From Candidatus Culexmicrobium cathedralense (GTDB lineage: Archaea > Thermoproteota > Methanomethylicia > Culexarchaeales > Culexmicrobiaceae), in NCBI GenBank assembly GCA_025061115.1, contig JANZKC010000001.1, positions 320,001 through 384,000 of the forward strand: a DNA stretch of 64,000 bases, read 5' to 3'. This document shows, piece by piece, positions 49,340-60,586 of the stretch. The position numbers were made by a program, and so were the translations under genes. The number at the start of each line of letters is the position of its first letter. Within the stretch, counting starts at the first letter, position 1. The notes under the pieces were generated by a model. It saw only the letters and a list, made by a program, of their open reading frames with translations. It did not search any database and was not told the DNA's origin.

Positions 49340-51883
49340 ATGCCTAAAAACAGGCCAACATATCCATTTTCAGCTATAGTTGGTCAGGAAAAGTTGAAGT
49401 TAGCACTTCTAGTTAACCTTGTAGATCCAAGCATAGGCGGATTACTGATCGTTGGACCTAAGGGCTCAGGAAAATCCACTGCAGTTAGAGGGCTCATAGA
49501 TCTTCTGCCCGAAATTGAGGTAGTAGTAGACTGCCCATTCAACTGCGACCCCAAAGATCCAAATTTAATGTGCGACAATTGTAGAGCCAGATTTGAGCTC
49601 CACGGCAAGCTGCCAACCAAGAAAATTAAAATGCCATTCGTAGAACTGCCATTAAGCGCAACTGAAGATAGAGTCCTAGGGTCAGTTGATATTGAGAAGG
49701 CCATTAGAGAAGGAGCAAAAGTCCTACAGCCAGGACTCCTAGGAGAAGCGAATAGAGGCATACTATACATTGACGAGGTTAACCTGCTACCAGACAACAT
49801 TTCAGACGCCATACTGGATGCAGCTTCAAGCGGCTGGAACCACATCGAAAGAGAAGGCTTAAACTTCACTCATCCAAGCAAGTTCATCCTCATCGGAACA
49901 ATGAACATCGAGGAAGGATGGCTTAGACCTCAAATACTCGATAGATTTCCACTCTGCATCAAAGTTGAAAAAATCAGCAATCCCAAAGACAGAATTGAAG
50001 TAATGACTAGAAACCTAGAATTCGAAGAAAATCCAATAGAATTCATCGCCAAGTGGCAGCCAAAGCAAGAGGAGCTTCGAAAGAAAATATTAAGAGCAAG
50101 AAAAACCCTTTCAAACATCAATGTTCCCAAGGAACTCGAAGAAACCGTAATAGATTTCTGCATAAAACTTAAGGTTGACGGCCACAGGCCAGACATAGCA
50201 ATAATCAAGACTGCAAAAGCCATAGCAGCGCTAAATGGAAAAGAGCAAGTAGATTTGGAAGATGTTATTCAAGCAGCAGAGCTAGCATTAGCTCACAGAA
50301 GTAGAAGTGGAGGACTTGAAGGTCCACTAACGCCCGAGGAAATTGAAGAAGAACTATCAACGACAATCACGAAAAAGAAGGAGGAAGAGGAAGAAGAGGA
50401 AATAAGGAAGATCGAAGTTGAAGTCGGCAAAAGCGGAAAGCTGCCATCAATAGCAACTCGACCCCCCATCAAGCCAAAAAAGGAAATAGTTCTTCCAAGA
50501 CCAGTAGGCATGCTCTTAGTACTTGCACTATACTACATGCTATTCTACTTCGCATTTGCAGCTGGCTCAATACTATTTTCAGGAGTCATGGAGCTACCAT
50601 GGGAGCAAACCATAAAGCTCATGAAGGAAGACGTCCTAATTTGGTCAGCAATCGCACTAATAATATTCACGATACTCCAAGGAATAGGAAACTTAAGGCG
50701 CGGAAAAGTAGCCTACGTAAAGTTCAAGGAACCCCCACTAGAAGAATATAGAAGAATTAAAGCGCACAGGCTCTTAATAAAAGAACATGTAGTGGAGGGG
50801 CCGCCTACAAAGCAAGTATTTGGAAAGCGAGTCTGGCAATTTATATCAATATTTGGAGCAAAAATACTCCAAACATACAGGTCAGCCATAGAAAAGGGAA
50901 GAAAAATAGCTGAAAGCATGTTCGATTTAATGATTCAGCCTCCAAGCACATTCAAGATAACACTAACTCCAGAGCACATGAGAGGGAAAAAAGCTAGAGC
51001 AGAAGTGGTTAGGGGAATATGGCTTAGGAGAGGAAAATACGTGAAGCACGCGATGCCAAGGGAAAAACCGTGGGACATTGCCCTAGCACCAACATTAAGA
51101 GCAGCAGCACCATATCAGAAAATAAGAAAATCATCAAAGCTCGCCATCAAAGTCGACATGAGCGACATAAGAGTTAAAGTTAGGGAGTACAGAGCACCCC
51201 TATGCATCGTAATACTTCTCGACATGAGCGAGTCAATGATAGTTTCACTAGAAAACGTGAAGAACGCCATTAGAGGACTACACAAAGGCGCTCACAGGCA
51301 TAGAGATAAAGTGGGACTAGTAGTTTTCAAAGGCACAAGCGCAAAAGTACTTCAATATCCAACCACAAACTTGAGGGCAGTAGTCGAAAAGCTCCTAGAA
51401 GTTGGAGCCAGCGACTTCACTCCACTAGCAGCCGGAATGCTAAAGGCATACGAAATACTTAAGCTCGAGAAGATAAAAAGCAAGGAAACAATTCCCGTCC
51501 TAGTAATAATTTCAGATGGAATAGTCAACGTGCCGCTAGATAACCCCCTAACACCAGAACTCAGAAAGAAATTCCTAAACCCAGCCCAAGCAGACGTTAT
51601 AGACGTAGCCAAGAGAATAGCCAAGGATAAAATTAGGACAATAATCATAAACACCGACCACAGGCCAGATGAAATATACAAGAAAATATACTACGGAGCC
51701 AAAGGAGCAACTTTCAGCTACACTCCAACAGCACTACTCATGGAAATTGCAAGAATAACCGGAGGCAAATACTATGGACTTAGAACAGACATACCAGGAG
51801 AAACGATAATCATACCGGAAGTAATTTCTGAAATAGCAGAAGCGCCAGCTAGGCTGGAAGAAATTTTCGGGCCAGTAGAGTAG
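49340..51883 (+). CDS. ChlI/ChlD-like AAA+ ATPase-vWA fusion with two internal TM helices
   Basis: [42 protein letters not shown]; acidic linker; two hydrophobic helices; MIDAS DMSES and TPLAAG, ISDG. Confidence 0.88.
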   Translation: MPKNRPTYPFSAIVGQEKLKLALLVNLVDPSIGGLLIVGPKGSGKSTAVRGLIDLLPEIEVVVDCPFNCDPKDPNLMCDNCRARFELHGKLPTKKIKMPFVELPLSATEDRVLGSVDIEKAIREGAKVLQPGLLGEANRGILYIDEVNLLPDNISDAILDAASSGWNHIEREGLNFTHPSKFILIGTMNIEEGWLRPQILDRFPLCIKVEKISNPKDRIEVMTRNLEFEENPIEFIAKWQPKQEELRKKILRARKTLSNINVPKELEETVIDFCIKLKVDGHRPDIAIIKTAKAIAALNGKEQVDLEDVIQAAELALAHRSRSGGLEGPLTPEEIEEELSTTITKKKEEEEEEEIRKIEVEVGKSGKLPSIATRPPIKPKKEIVLPRPVGMLLVLALYYMLFYFAFAAGSILFSGVMELPWEQTIKLMKEDVLIWSAIALIIFTILQGIGNLRRGKVAYVKFKEPPLEEYRRIKAHRLLIKEHVVEGPPTKQVFGKRVWQFISIFGAKILQTYRSAIEKGRKIAESMFDLMIQPPSTFKITLTPEHMRGKKARAEVVRGIWLRRGKYVKHAMPREKPWDIALAPTLRAAAPYQKIRKSSKLAIKVDMSDIRVKVREYRAPLCIVILLDMSESMIVSLENVKNAIRGLHKGAHRHRDKVGLVVFKGTSAKVLQYPTTNLRAVVEKLLEVGASDFTPLAAGMLKAYEILKLEKIKSKETIPVLVIISDGIVNVPLDNPLTPELRKKFLNPAQADVIDVAKRIAKDKIRTIIINTDHRPDEIYKKIYYGAKGATFSYTPTALLMEIARITGGKYYGLRTDIPGETIIIPEVISEIAEAPARLEEIFGPVE

Positions 51884-51929
51884 AGAGCCTACTCACAAAG
51901 CCTATTAACGTAAGGCACATCTAAAATCA

Positions 51930-53327
51930 TTGGGGATTAACTTGAAAGAACTATTAAGTTGGATAGTAGATGAGGGTAGAGCTGAAGGAGCTGACTACGT
52001 AGAAGCCAGATATCAAAAGTTCTTCAGCACCGAAATTGAAGTTCGAGACGGCAAGGTAATTTCGGCAACCCCAGGAATTGAAAGGGGAGTCGCAATTAGA
52101 GCTCTATTTAAAGGTGGATGGGGCTTCTCAACCACAAACGACGTAAGCAAAGAAGGCCTCAGATCAGCACTTAAAATGGCATTAAAAATGGCGAGGCAAG
52201 CAAGCGCAGACACTGAATTAATAACACTGGCACCAGCAACAGTAGTTGTAGATAAGGTTGAAGTTCCAGTAAAAGAGCCCCTAGAGGAAACTCCCATAGA
52301 TGAAAAGATAAAAGTACTACTTGAAGCCGACAAGTCGGCTAGAAGCGTGGCGCCATCAGTAAAGGCAACTTCAAACTACTGGGACTACTCGGAAGAGAAA
52401 ATCATATGCACAAGCGATGGAACCGAAATTGAAATTAAAAATTCATGGATATTCTTTGGCATATGGGCATACGCCAGCGAAGCAGGCCTCATACAATCAT
52501 ATAGAGATAGATTCGCAATGCTAGGAGGCTTCGAGGTAACAGAAAAAATGGACGTTCAAGGAAGAAGCAAAAGAGCAGCTGAAAAGGCATTAAATCTACT
52601 TAAAGCCAAGCCAGCGCCAGGCGGAAAATTCACAGTAGTTATTGACGGCGTGCTAGCAGGGCTACTCGCCCACGAAGCGATTGGCCACGCTTCGGAAGCA
52701 GACAGCGTATTGAGAGGAATAAGCGTGCTCAGAGGAAAGCTAGGGAAGAAAATAGGATCAAAGTACGTGACGCTAATAGACGACGCAACAATAACGGGGA
52801 GATTTGGAAGCGACTTCTACGACGACGAGGGAGTTAGAGCCCAAAGGAAAGTGCTAATTCAAAATGGAGTTCTAAAAGGATACCTAACCAATAGGGAAAC
52901 TGCAGAGAAAATGAACCTACCATTAACTGGAAACGCTAGAGCTCAAGACTACAGACACCCACCGATAGTTAGAATGACAAACACGTTCTTCCAGCCGGGA
53001 AACATGACCTTTGAAGAGCTAATAGAAGACATAAAGTACGGAATATATGCTAAAGGAGGAAGAGGAGGTCAAGTAAGCCCAGCAGAAGGAGTATTTCAAT
53101 TCGGAGCGCAGGAGGCATACCTAATTAAAAATGGGGAGCTGAAGGAGCAGCTTAGAGACTTCAGCATGAGCGGATTCATACTAGAAACGCTGAAAAACGT
53201 GACTGGAGTTGCAAAGGACTTCGAAATCTACCCAAGCTTCTGCGGAAAAGCAGGACAATTAATGAGAAACACTTGCGGAGGACCCCACGTAAGAATTGAA
53301 AATATAATTGTAGGAGGTAGAGCGTGA
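51930..53327 (+). CDS. tldD: TldD metalloprotease
   Basis: Motifs HEAIGHASEAD, DDEG, GNAR, RMTNT, CGK.GQ. Confidence 0.93.
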   Translation: MGINLKELLSWIVDEGRAEGADYVEARYQKFFSTEIEVRDGKVISATPGIERGVAIRALFKGGWGFSTTNDVSKEGLRSALKMALKMARQASADTELITLAPATVVVDKVEVPVKEPLEETPIDEKIKVLLEADKSARSVAPSVKATSNYWDYSEEKIICTSDGTEIEIKNSWIFFGIWAYASEAGLIQSYRDRFAMLGGFEVTEKMDVQGRSKRAAEKALNLLKAKPAPGGKFTVVIDGVLAGLLAHEAIGHASEADSVLRGISVLRGKLGKKIGSKYVTLIDDATITGRFGSDFYDDEGVRAQRKVLIQNGVLKGYLTNRETAEKMNLPLTGNARAQDYRHPPIVRMTNTFFQPGNMTFEELIEDIKYGIYAKGGRGGQVSPAEGVFQFGAQEAYLIKNGELKEQLRDFSMSGFILETLKNVTGVAKDFEIYPSFCGKAGQLMRNTCGGPHVRIENIIVGGRA

Positions 53328-54679
53328 TGGAGCTAATTGAAGCCGTAAAATTTGCAGTTGAAAAAGCACTTAAGTTTGGAGCAAATCAAGCAGACGCATA
53401 CGCATCAAAAAGGCGCGAAACCTCAATTCAAGCGACAAACGACAAAATTGGAGGAATAAGGGATAGAAGAGCTACAAGCGAAACAATTGAAGGCATTGGC
53501 GTTAGAGTAGCCGTAGGAAAAAGCGTAGCCTACGCATACACTACCATACTAGAGGAGGAAAGCATCCTTCAAGCAATAAAAACCGCAATCAAATTAGCTA
53601 AAGTTAAAGAGCCAGATCCAGACTTTAAATCCCTACCGCCAGTTAAGCCTCCAGCTAAAGTTGAAGGCATATTTGATGAGGCGATAATTACACCGCCAGT
53701 AGACGAAGCATTCGAGCAGATAAGAAAAGTTCTAAGCGAAGCAATGGAGGCAAACCCCAACTTCAACACAGTAATTTCAGGATACTCATTCACATGGGCT
53801 GAAAGAGCAATAGCAAACAGCTTAGGAGTCGAAGTTCACTTTAAAGAAAGCATGGCAGGCACAGGAGTCTACATCATAGGCGAAAGGGAAGGATTGAGAA
53901 GCCTAGGTGGAAAAACCGATGAAAGCAGATTCCTCAAGGAAGTAGACATCGAAAAGTGCGCTGAAGAAGCAGTGAAGTACGCTAAAGTAGGGCTTGAAAA
54001 GACCAAGATAGAAGCAGGAGAAAAAACAGTTATTTTCCAGCCCGAAGCACTATCAAGCTTAATGCACTACGCATTCATCAATGCAATAAATGCCTACAAC
54101 GTTCAGGAAGGAAAATCGTACTTGACTGGAAAGCTTGAAACTCAAGTAGCCTCGGAAAAACTCACAATAATAGATGATGGAACCACACCTAAAGGATTAA
54201 GAACAGCGCCGGTTGATGGAGAAGGAGTGCCAACAAGGAGAAACGTGATAATCGATAAGGGAGTGCTGAAAAGCTACCTATACGACAGCTACACGGGATT
54301 CAAAGAAAATAGGGAAAGCACAGGCAATGCATCAAGGCAGTTTAGAAGCGCAGTGACAGTAGCTCCAAGAAACCACATCATAAGTGGAGAAGAAGTAAAG
54401 CTCGAAGAACTACTTGGAGAAGTGAAGGAAGGCCTACTCGTAAGGGGAGTTATGGGAGCACACAGCACAAACATAGCGACAGGAGCATTCTCAGTTCTAG
54501 CTAATCCAGCATACGTCATCAGAAACGGCGAAATAATGGGTCAAATAAAGGGATGCATGATTGCAGGGACATTCCAAGAACTACTAATGAAGTATTCAGC
54601 CCAAGGAGACGACGTAATTCAAAAAGGCTTCCTGGTAGCACCGTCCATCAAATTCGAAAAAGTGAGAATAGCACTCTAA
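53324..54679 (+). CDS. pmbA: PmbA/TldE
   Basis: TldD/PmbA fold without HExxxH; DGEG, STGNA, TGAFS; overlaps tldD. Confidence 0.9.
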   Translation: MMELIEAVKFAVEKALKFGANQADAYASKRRETSIQATNDKIGGIRDRRATSETIEGIGVRVAVGKSVAYAYTTILEEESILQAIKTAIKLAKVKEPDPDFKSLPPVKPPAKVEGIFDEAIITPPVDEAFEQIRKVLSEAMEANPNFNTVISGYSFTWAERAIANSLGVEVHFKESMAGTGVYIIGEREGLRSLGGKTDESRFLKEVDIEKCAEEAVKYAKVGLEKTKIEAGEKTVIFQPEALSSLMHYAFINAINAYNVQEGKSYLTGKLETQVASEKLTIIDDGTTPKGLRTAPVDGEGVPTRRNVIIDKGVLKSYLYDSYTGFKENRESTGNASRQFRSAVTVAPRNHIISGEEVKLEELLGEVKEGLLVRGVMGAHSTNIATGAFSVLANPAYVIRNGEIMGQIKGCMIAGTFQELLMKYSAQGDDVIQKGFLVAPSIKFEKVRIAL

Positions 54680-54681
54680 AC

Positions 54682-55332
54682 TCAACCACCTTTCTTTATT
54701 ACCTTAACTCCAACAACATTTTCAATTTCTTCAACACTTATAGCTCCCTCCCTAACAACCACCAGGGAACTCCCAGTCAAATCCACCACAGTTGATGGAA
54801 CGCCAATTGGGCACTCACCAGCATCAATAACGAGGTCAACGGCATCACCCAATTGCCTCAAAGCTTCATGAGCAGTTCTAGGTGCCCTCCCACCAGAAAT
54901 GTTTGCACTTGTACCTAAAATATATCCATTGCAAAGCTCCGCAAGTTTAACTGCCACCAAGTGATTGGGCATTCTAACCCCCAACGAGAACCTGCCGGCA
55001 GTCACTTCATTTGGAACGTAGGGCTTCTTGGGCAGAACAATAGTTAATGGGCCCGGCCAAAAAGACCTCATCAACCTCAAAGCAAGGTCATTAACATAGA
55101 CCACTTCCTCAGCAGCCCTAATGCTTGAAACTATAACTGGCATAGGCTTTCCAGATCTCCTTTTAACAAAAATAGCCTTCTTAACCGCCCTGACATCAAA
55201 TGGATTTGCACCTAAGCCATAAACAGTGTCCGTTGGGTAAACTATTAGACCTCCAGAAAGAACGATGTCTGAAGCTTCAACTAGAATTGATAAGCTAAAC
55301 GCAGTTGGAGAGATTGTGATAATCCTAACCAT
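54682..55332 (-). CDS. tsaC: Threonylcarbamoyl-AMP synthase (YrdC-only, TsaC-type)
   Basis: Motifs YPTDTVYGLG, KRR, FWPGPLT, TSANISG, PSTVVD; no SUA5 domain. Confidence 0.92.
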   Translation of the reverse strand: MVRIITISPTAFSLSILVEASDIVLSGGLIVYPTDTVYGLGANPFDVRAVKKAIFVKRRSGKPMPVIVSSIRAAEEVVYVNDLALRLMRSFWPGPLTIVLPKKPYVPNEVTAGRFSLGVRMPNHLVAVKLAELCNGYILGTSANISGGRAPRTAHEALRQLGDAVDLVIDAGECPIGVPSTVVDLTGSSLVVVREGAISVEEIENVVGVKVIKKGG

Positions 55333-55377
55333 ATCAACAAAACATGAGCTTAAACAAGCCCTTAAAAGTTTTGTAAG

Positions 55378-57351
55378 TTAGCTGAAACCAGCAAGCTTAA
55401 AAACTATGTTTGCTGCACCTCCAACAATCAACGCTAAGACAATGCTTACAGCTGAAATTATGGCAGCCCTCTTCCACCCGAACTCCTTAACTAATGCAGC
55501 AATAGTAGCTATGCATGGAACATAAATCATTGTAACCAGCGAAAAAACGACCATTTGACCTCCACTTAAAACAGCTCCAAAGTCTTCAATTCCAAAAACC
55601 TCCAAGAGCATTATTAGCGTAAGCTCCTTCCTTAAAATTCCAAAAATAAGTGGAACCGCACATTCAGCAGGCAAGCCAAGCAAACCAGAAATAATTGGAC
55701 TTGCAATTGAGGATATCGTCCAAATGAAGCCAGTAATCTTGAAAAACTCCAAAACAACGCTTCCAAGAACAATGAGTGGAAGCGCAACGTAGATGAAATC
55801 CTTAGTTCTTACCCACGTCTTAATGATCACAGTTTTAATCATTGGAGCCCTATAGTCGGGTATCTCCATGATCAATCCAATGGGCTCACCTGGAAGTTTT
55901 TTAGTTAAAAAGCGCCCAAGCAAAATAACCAGGATTAAGTCAAAAGCGTAAAGCGAAAGAGCCGGAAGAAGACCAACATACTTACCCACAAGCCCTAGAA
56001 TAACTACGGTTCTAGCTGCGCATGGAATTAAAACTACTAGGAAACCAAGAATCAACCGCTCCCTATCAGTCTCCATAATTCTACATCCAATGCAAGCGGG
56101 GACATTACAGCCATAACCCAACAATAGCGGTATGAAGCCCTTCCCATGAAGGCCAATCTTGTGCATCAAGTTGTCCATCAGAAAAGCAGCTCTAGGCAAG
56201 TAGCCTGAGTCCTCAAGCAAAGCTAGTAAAATGTAGAAAGTAAGCACATACGGAATTGCTATTGTAACTCCAGCAATTACGCCGGTGAAAAAGCCATTAA
56301 TAATTATGTCAGCTACAAGGCTCGAAAAAGAGCTGTAAATTAATGATTCAATTGGAGGCAACAATAAATCCTCAATCAAGTATGATAAGAACTCTTCAAG
56401 AACAGCGCCCCCCATAAAGACTAATGAAAAGACGGAAATCATAATCGCCAGAAGAATTGGATACCCAAAGATTGGGTGCGTAGTTATGTAGTCAAGCCTT
56501 TCAGATAACGTAACTTTAGCAACAGCCTCAATCCTCTGCACCTTCGATATCACCCTATTAATTATCGAGTACCTCTCGGAAGCAATAATCACAGGCGAAG
56601 GCTCACCATGCATCTCCTCAAGCTGGCTAGCAAGCTCATCAGCCAGCAAAAGCACGAGCGACCCATTCTCCATGCTTGAAATGCGCCTAACGACCTCCTC
56701 ATCCTTCTCGAGAAGCTTAACTGCAATCCAACGGGCAGGATAATTTTCACATAATTCTGGAAGGTTCTCAGCTATAGCTCTAACTAAAACTTGAATTCTC
56801 TCCTCAACCTCCCTTCCATACTCAATCTTCATGGGATGAAGCTCCAACTTGCCCTCAACAACATCAATGATCGTGGAAAGAAGTCTATCCACTCCATAAC
56901 CAGTAACAGCTATAGTCGGAATAACAGGAACACCTAAAATCATCTGAAGCAATGAAACATCAATTTTAATTCCCTTCTTAGAAGCGACATCCCATAAGTT
57001 TAAAGCAATCACAATTGGAGCTTCAAGCTCCAGAAGCTGTATTGTCAAGTACAGGTTTCGCTCCAGCGCCGAGGCATCAACAATGTTCACAACAACATCC
57101 GGCCGCTCAACTGCAATGTAATCCCTAGCAACGATCTCCTCTTGCGAATAAGCTGAAAGCGAATAGGTTCCAGGCAGATCGAGCACACAAATCTCATACC
57201 CTCTATAGAAAAGCTTGCCCTCAGCCCGCTCAACCGTTTTTCCAGGCCAATTCCCAACAGTTTGACTTGCACCTGTAAGTTGATTGAAAATAACGCTCTT
57301 ACCAACATTTGGATTCCCAGCTAGAGCAACAGTAATTCTCTTGCCAGCCAA
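55378..57351 (-). CDS. feoB: Ferrous iron transporter FeoB
   Basis: Motifs GNPNVGKS, GNWPGKTVE, DLPGTYSL, LEDSGYLPRAA, GYGCNVPA, YVPCIAT. Confidence 0.96.
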   Translation of the reverse strand: MAGKRITVALAGNPNVGKSVIFNQLTGASQTVGNWPGKTVERAEGKLFYRGYEICVLDLPGTYSLSAYSQEEIVARDYIAVERPDVVVNIVDASALERNLYLTIQLLELEAPIVIALNLWDVASKKGIKIDVSLLQMILGVPVIPTIAVTGYGVDRLLSTIIDVVEGKLELHPMKIEYGREVEERIQVLVRAIAENLPELCENYPARWIAVKLLEKDEEVVRRISSMENGSLVLLLADELASQLEEMHGEPSPVIIASERYSIINRVISKVQRIEAVAKVTLSERLDYITTHPIFGYPILLAIMISVFSLVFMGGAVLEEFLSYLIEDLLLPPIESLIYSSFSSLVADIIINGFFTGVIAGVTIAIPYVLTFYILLALLEDSGYLPRAAFLMDNLMHKIGLHGKGFIPLLLGYGCNVPACIGCRIMETDRERLILGFLVVLIPCAARTVVILGLVGKYVGLLPALSLYAFDLILVILLGRFLTKKLPGEPIGLIMEIPDYRAPMIKTVIIKTWVRTKDFIYVALPLIVLGSVVLEFFKITGFIWTISSIASPIISGLLGLPAECAVPLIFGILRKELTLIMLLEVFGIEDFGAVLSGGQMVVFSLVTMIYVPCIATIAALVKEFGWKRAAIISAVSIVLALIVGGAANIVFKLAGFS

Positions 57352-57353
57352 TG

Positions 57354-57986
57354 CTAATCCTCCAAAACTTTAATGAAAACCCTAGACGCTACACCTCTTC
57401 CAAGCGCGACAGAACAACCTCTAACCTGAACTACGATCGGCCCTCCAAAAGGAGCATTCCTCACAACAGTAACTTCAACTCCAGGAGTTAACCCCATATC
57501 GGCTAATCTTCTTATAAAGCCATATCCACCAACCATGAATGCAACTACACCCTTACTTCCAGGAGAAAGAGATGATAGAGGTTTAACCTCTTCAATCCTA
57601 CCTTCAAGCGAGCTTAAGGAGCTGTGAAGCTGATCTAAACTGGCTTCATCCAATCCATGGCTGAACGTCCAATGAGCCCGCATATCCCTAATGGTCTTAA
57701 AGCTCTGCCATGGAGAAGTATATTTGTGAATATACTTATCATGCAAAAATCTTTCCCTATGGCTTAAAACTAGGGATCTACCTGCCTCGGTCAGGTCATA
57801 TGTGCCGTCAACTATAAGCCCCTCTCTAATAGCCAAGTTCAAAGCTTCAACGATATTATTAACATTAACTCCAAGGCGGCTTGCAATCAAATCCGGAGTT
57901 GGGACGATGCCTTTAGCTTTAATTGACAATATCACTTCAAGCACGCAAGGAATAAGCCGCCTAATTCTTCTCCTACTAAAAATCAT
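57354..57986 (-). CDS. wHTH / His-rich / FeoA fusion (DtxR-like architecture)
   Basis: N-terminal IASRLGV...YDLTEAG wHTH; C-terminal RRLADMGLTPG...APFGGP...VRG..VALGRGVA FeoA domain. Confidence 0.8.
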   Translation of the reverse strand: MIFSRRRIRRLIPCVLEVILSIKAKGIVPTPDLIASRLGVNVNNIVEALNLAIREGLIVDGTYDLTEAGRSLVLSHRERFLHDKYIHKYTSPWQSFKTIRDMRAHWTFSHGLDEASLDQLHSSLSSLEGRIEEVKPLSSLSPGSKGVVAFMVGGYGFIRRLADMGLTPGVEVTVVRNAPFGGPIVVQVRGCSVALGRGVASRVFIKVLED

Positions 57987-58084
57987 GGTTCAACCTCCTA
58001 TGGAATGAACATAACTTTAATGGTCGCTGATGCTGGCAGATGTCCACTGCAACAATTTGCCACATTAACGTAACATGCACCTCA

Positions 58085-58104
58085 ATTTTCGGATTTACGA
58101 AAAT
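58085..58104. promoter_or_regulatory. Putative metal-regulator operator of the feo operon
   Basis: Palindrome ATTTTCG-N6-CGAAAAT immediately downstream of a minus-strand TATA-like AAGGTATATTT. Confidence 0.55.
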
Positions 58105-58123
58105 CAAAATATACCTTACGCTT

Positions 58124-60586
58124 TCACTTCAAAACTTCCACGCGGCTAACTCCAGACTCATCTTTGTAAATGTGAATTTGACTTTCAAAGTATGGGCTAT
58201 CCCTAACTTCATCTACGTGGGAAATCACTATTATGCGCTCATAGTCCTTTTGAAGCTCATTAAGAGTTCTAAGCAGCTCGCTTCTAAACTCCCTGCTCAA
58301 CGGCCCAAACCCCTCATCTATGATTAGGAAGCGAGGAGCTACGCCGGCTTTCTCAGCTAAGGCCCTTGCTATTCCAAGCCTAATTGCAAAGCCTAGCAAA
58401 ACCATTTCTCCACCAGAATAGGTTGTTAAATCCCTAATAGTAGCTCCATCATAAACTATTATTGAAACAGCATCTTCAAGAGCCTCTATCCTAATGCTCT
58501 TTCCAGGAAGGAATCTAGAGACGTAGTGGTCAGCCCACTCCTCAACCCGCTCCAAATACCTCTTAAGAAGAGCCAACGGTAAGCCTTTCTCATGAAAAAC
58601 ATACTGGTACAGGTAAAGGTATACGTTGACCTTTCTCTCAAGCTCTAAGCTCTTAGATTGAAGCTCCTTAAGCTTCCTCCTCTTATTCTCAATTTCCCTC
58701 AAAGAATCCACGATAAGCTTTAATTGCTCTTCAACTCTTGCCTTGCGATTGCTCATTTCAACAATTAATGAATCAACCTCTTCAATTTTTGATTTAACCC
58801 TCTTCAGCTCCAAATCCAGCTTTCCCTTCAACTCGCGAAGTGAAGGATACTCACCAAGCTTAGATTCAAGCTGAGCAATTAGAGCTTCAAGTTCAATTTT
58901 CCTTCGCTTCAACTCGTCAATTCTACCTGCAGCCTCCCTTACCTCCATCAAATTCCTCGAAAGCTGCTCAAGCTTCTCCTTAAGCACATTTAGAGCTCCT
59001 CTTGCCTCCCCAATCTTTATGAGAACGCCAAACATTAGCATGAACTGACTTGATAACTTCGAGAACCTGCTCATGACGTCGCTGAGCTTTGCCTCTTCAT
59101 CGCTTAGCTCTTTAACGTAAGCATCCAGCTCCTTTACTTGCCGATTTAATTGCTCAATTTTAGCTGCAAGCCTTGAAGCCATCTTCTCAGCGTATCTCAA
59201 CTTCTCCTTTGATAACTTCAATTTCTCAATTTTTAGAGCTATAGCCCGCTTCTCTCCCTCTAAAGACTTCACCTTTGAACTTATAGTAGCCAACTCTTCG
59301 GAGAGATGCCTGATAGCTTCACCTGCCCTTTCCCTACTCAGCTTAGTGCTACAAACCGGACATGTGACTTCGTCTCCTAAATTCTCCTTGAGCGCACTTA
59401 TGCTCTTTTCAATGAAGCCCGAGTATCCAGTGAGCTTTGAAATTTCCATTTCTATACGGCTAAGCTCATCGCTTAGCTCATCGTACTTTTTAGCTTCAGC
59501 TTCTAATCTTCCTAGTTCCTCTTTAACACTCCCAAGTTCCCTCTGAGCATCAGCTAGCTCTTTTTGGAGAAAATCCCTCTTTGAAGTAAGCTGCTTTAAC
59601 TGGAAAATTCTCTCCCTAATTATCTCCGCATTCCGCTCCAATTCGAACATTTCCTCAAGAATTTGCATTTGACGTGAAAGTAGAGAGTGCTTTCTCTCCA
59701 ATTCCTTTCTTTGACTCAAAAGAGAGCCGAGCTCCTCTAAATCCTTAGAAATACGCATAAACTCCTCTCTGTAAGCAGTAAGAGTCTTACTTAGCTGATC
59801 TAAGCTAGCTAACCTCCTCTCAACGCCAGTTAGCTCGCGCTGAACTTCTTCGACTCTCTCGCCAAGCTGTCTCTTCTCATCGCTCAACTTCCTAAACTTA
59901 ACGTTAATCTCTTTAAGCTGAGCTTCAAGCTCAACTGCTTTTAATTTCAAATCTTCCTCAACGGAAATTTCCTCATTGATTTTCTCGATTTCGCTCTTCA
60001 ACTTCTCAAGTTCACTCTTAGTTTTAATGTATAGCTCCCTCGCCACCTCCTTATGCTTTGTGAAATCTATGTCGAAAGCCTTTAGGAAAAGCTTCCTACG
60101 ATCGGAGGGAGTTATATCTCTACTTATTAGCTCAGCAACCCTTCCCTGCCTAACAACTATCGTATTCATAAATGTCTTGAAGTCCAAGCCTACCAGCTTT
60201 TCAATTTCACTTTCAACTGCACTCACGCCGGTAGCTATAGTTCTCTCAATATTTCCATCATCACTTAACTTATATAGAACTGCGCTTGAAGAACCCTCCC
60301 TCTGCAGTACCCTAATCACCCTATATTTAGAGCCAGTTGGAACTCTAAACTCAATTTCAACTCTAGATTTTAAAGCCCAGCTTGGAATTACGTGCTTAGC
60401 ATACTCCTTCTTCGCTTGCCCATAAGCCCTACCATAAAGTGCAAGTGTCACAGCGTCCACGAAGAATGTTGTTTTACCTGCGCCAGTACTCCCAAAAACC
60501 GATATTGTCGGCCCAAGCTTATTTAAGTCTAGCTCAGCCCTCCTATACGTTGCGAAATTCTCGACTTTAATACGCTCAATAATCAT
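58124..60586 (-). CDS. rad50: Rad50/SbcC ATPase
   Basis: Walker A GSTGAGKTT, Q-loop VRQG, coiled coils, zinc hook CPVC, signature YSGGE, Walker B IIDEGFG, ISH. Confidence 0.92.
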   Translation of the reverse strand: MIIERIKVENFATYRRAELDLNKLGPTISVFGSTGAGKTTFFVDAVTLALYGRAYGQAKKEYAKHVIPSWALKSRVEIEFRVPTGSKYRVIRVLQREGSSSAVLYKLSDDGNIERTIATGVSAVESEIEKLVGLDFKTFMNTIVVRQGRVAELISRDITPSDRRKLFLKAFDIDFTKHKEVARELYIKTKSELEKLKSEIEKINEEISVEEDLKLKAVELEAQLKEINVKFRKLSDEKRQLGERVEEVQRELTGVERRLASLDQLSKTLTAYREEFMRISKDLEELGSLLSQRKELERKHSLLSRQMQILEEMFELERNAEIIRERIFQLKQLTSKRDFLQKELADAQRELGSVKEELGRLEAEAKKYDELSDELSRIEMEISKLTGYSGFIEKSISALKENLGDEVTCPVCSTKLSRERAGEAIRHLSEELATISSKVKSLEGEKRAIALKIEKLKLSKEKLRYAEKMASRLAAKIEQLNRQVKELDAYVKELSDEEAKLSDVMSRFSKLSSQFMLMFGVLIKIGEARGALNVLKEKLEQLSRNLMEVREAAGRIDELKRRKIELEALIAQLESKLGEYPSLRELKGKLDLELKRVKSKIEEVDSLIVEMSNRKARVEEQLKLIVDSLREIENKRRKLKELQSKSLELERKVNVYLYLYQYVFHEKGLPLALLKRYLERVEEWADHYVSRFLPGKSIRIEALEDAVSIIVYDGATIRDLTTYSGGEMVLLGFAIRLGIARALAEKAGVAPRFLIIDEGFGPLSREFRSELLRTLNELQKDYERIIVISHVDEVRDSPYFESQIHIYKDESGVSRVEVLK

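Noticed and set aside
57970-58075. Short upstream ORFs in the feo leader
   Set aside because: No consistent SD/start combination and no recognisable sequence.
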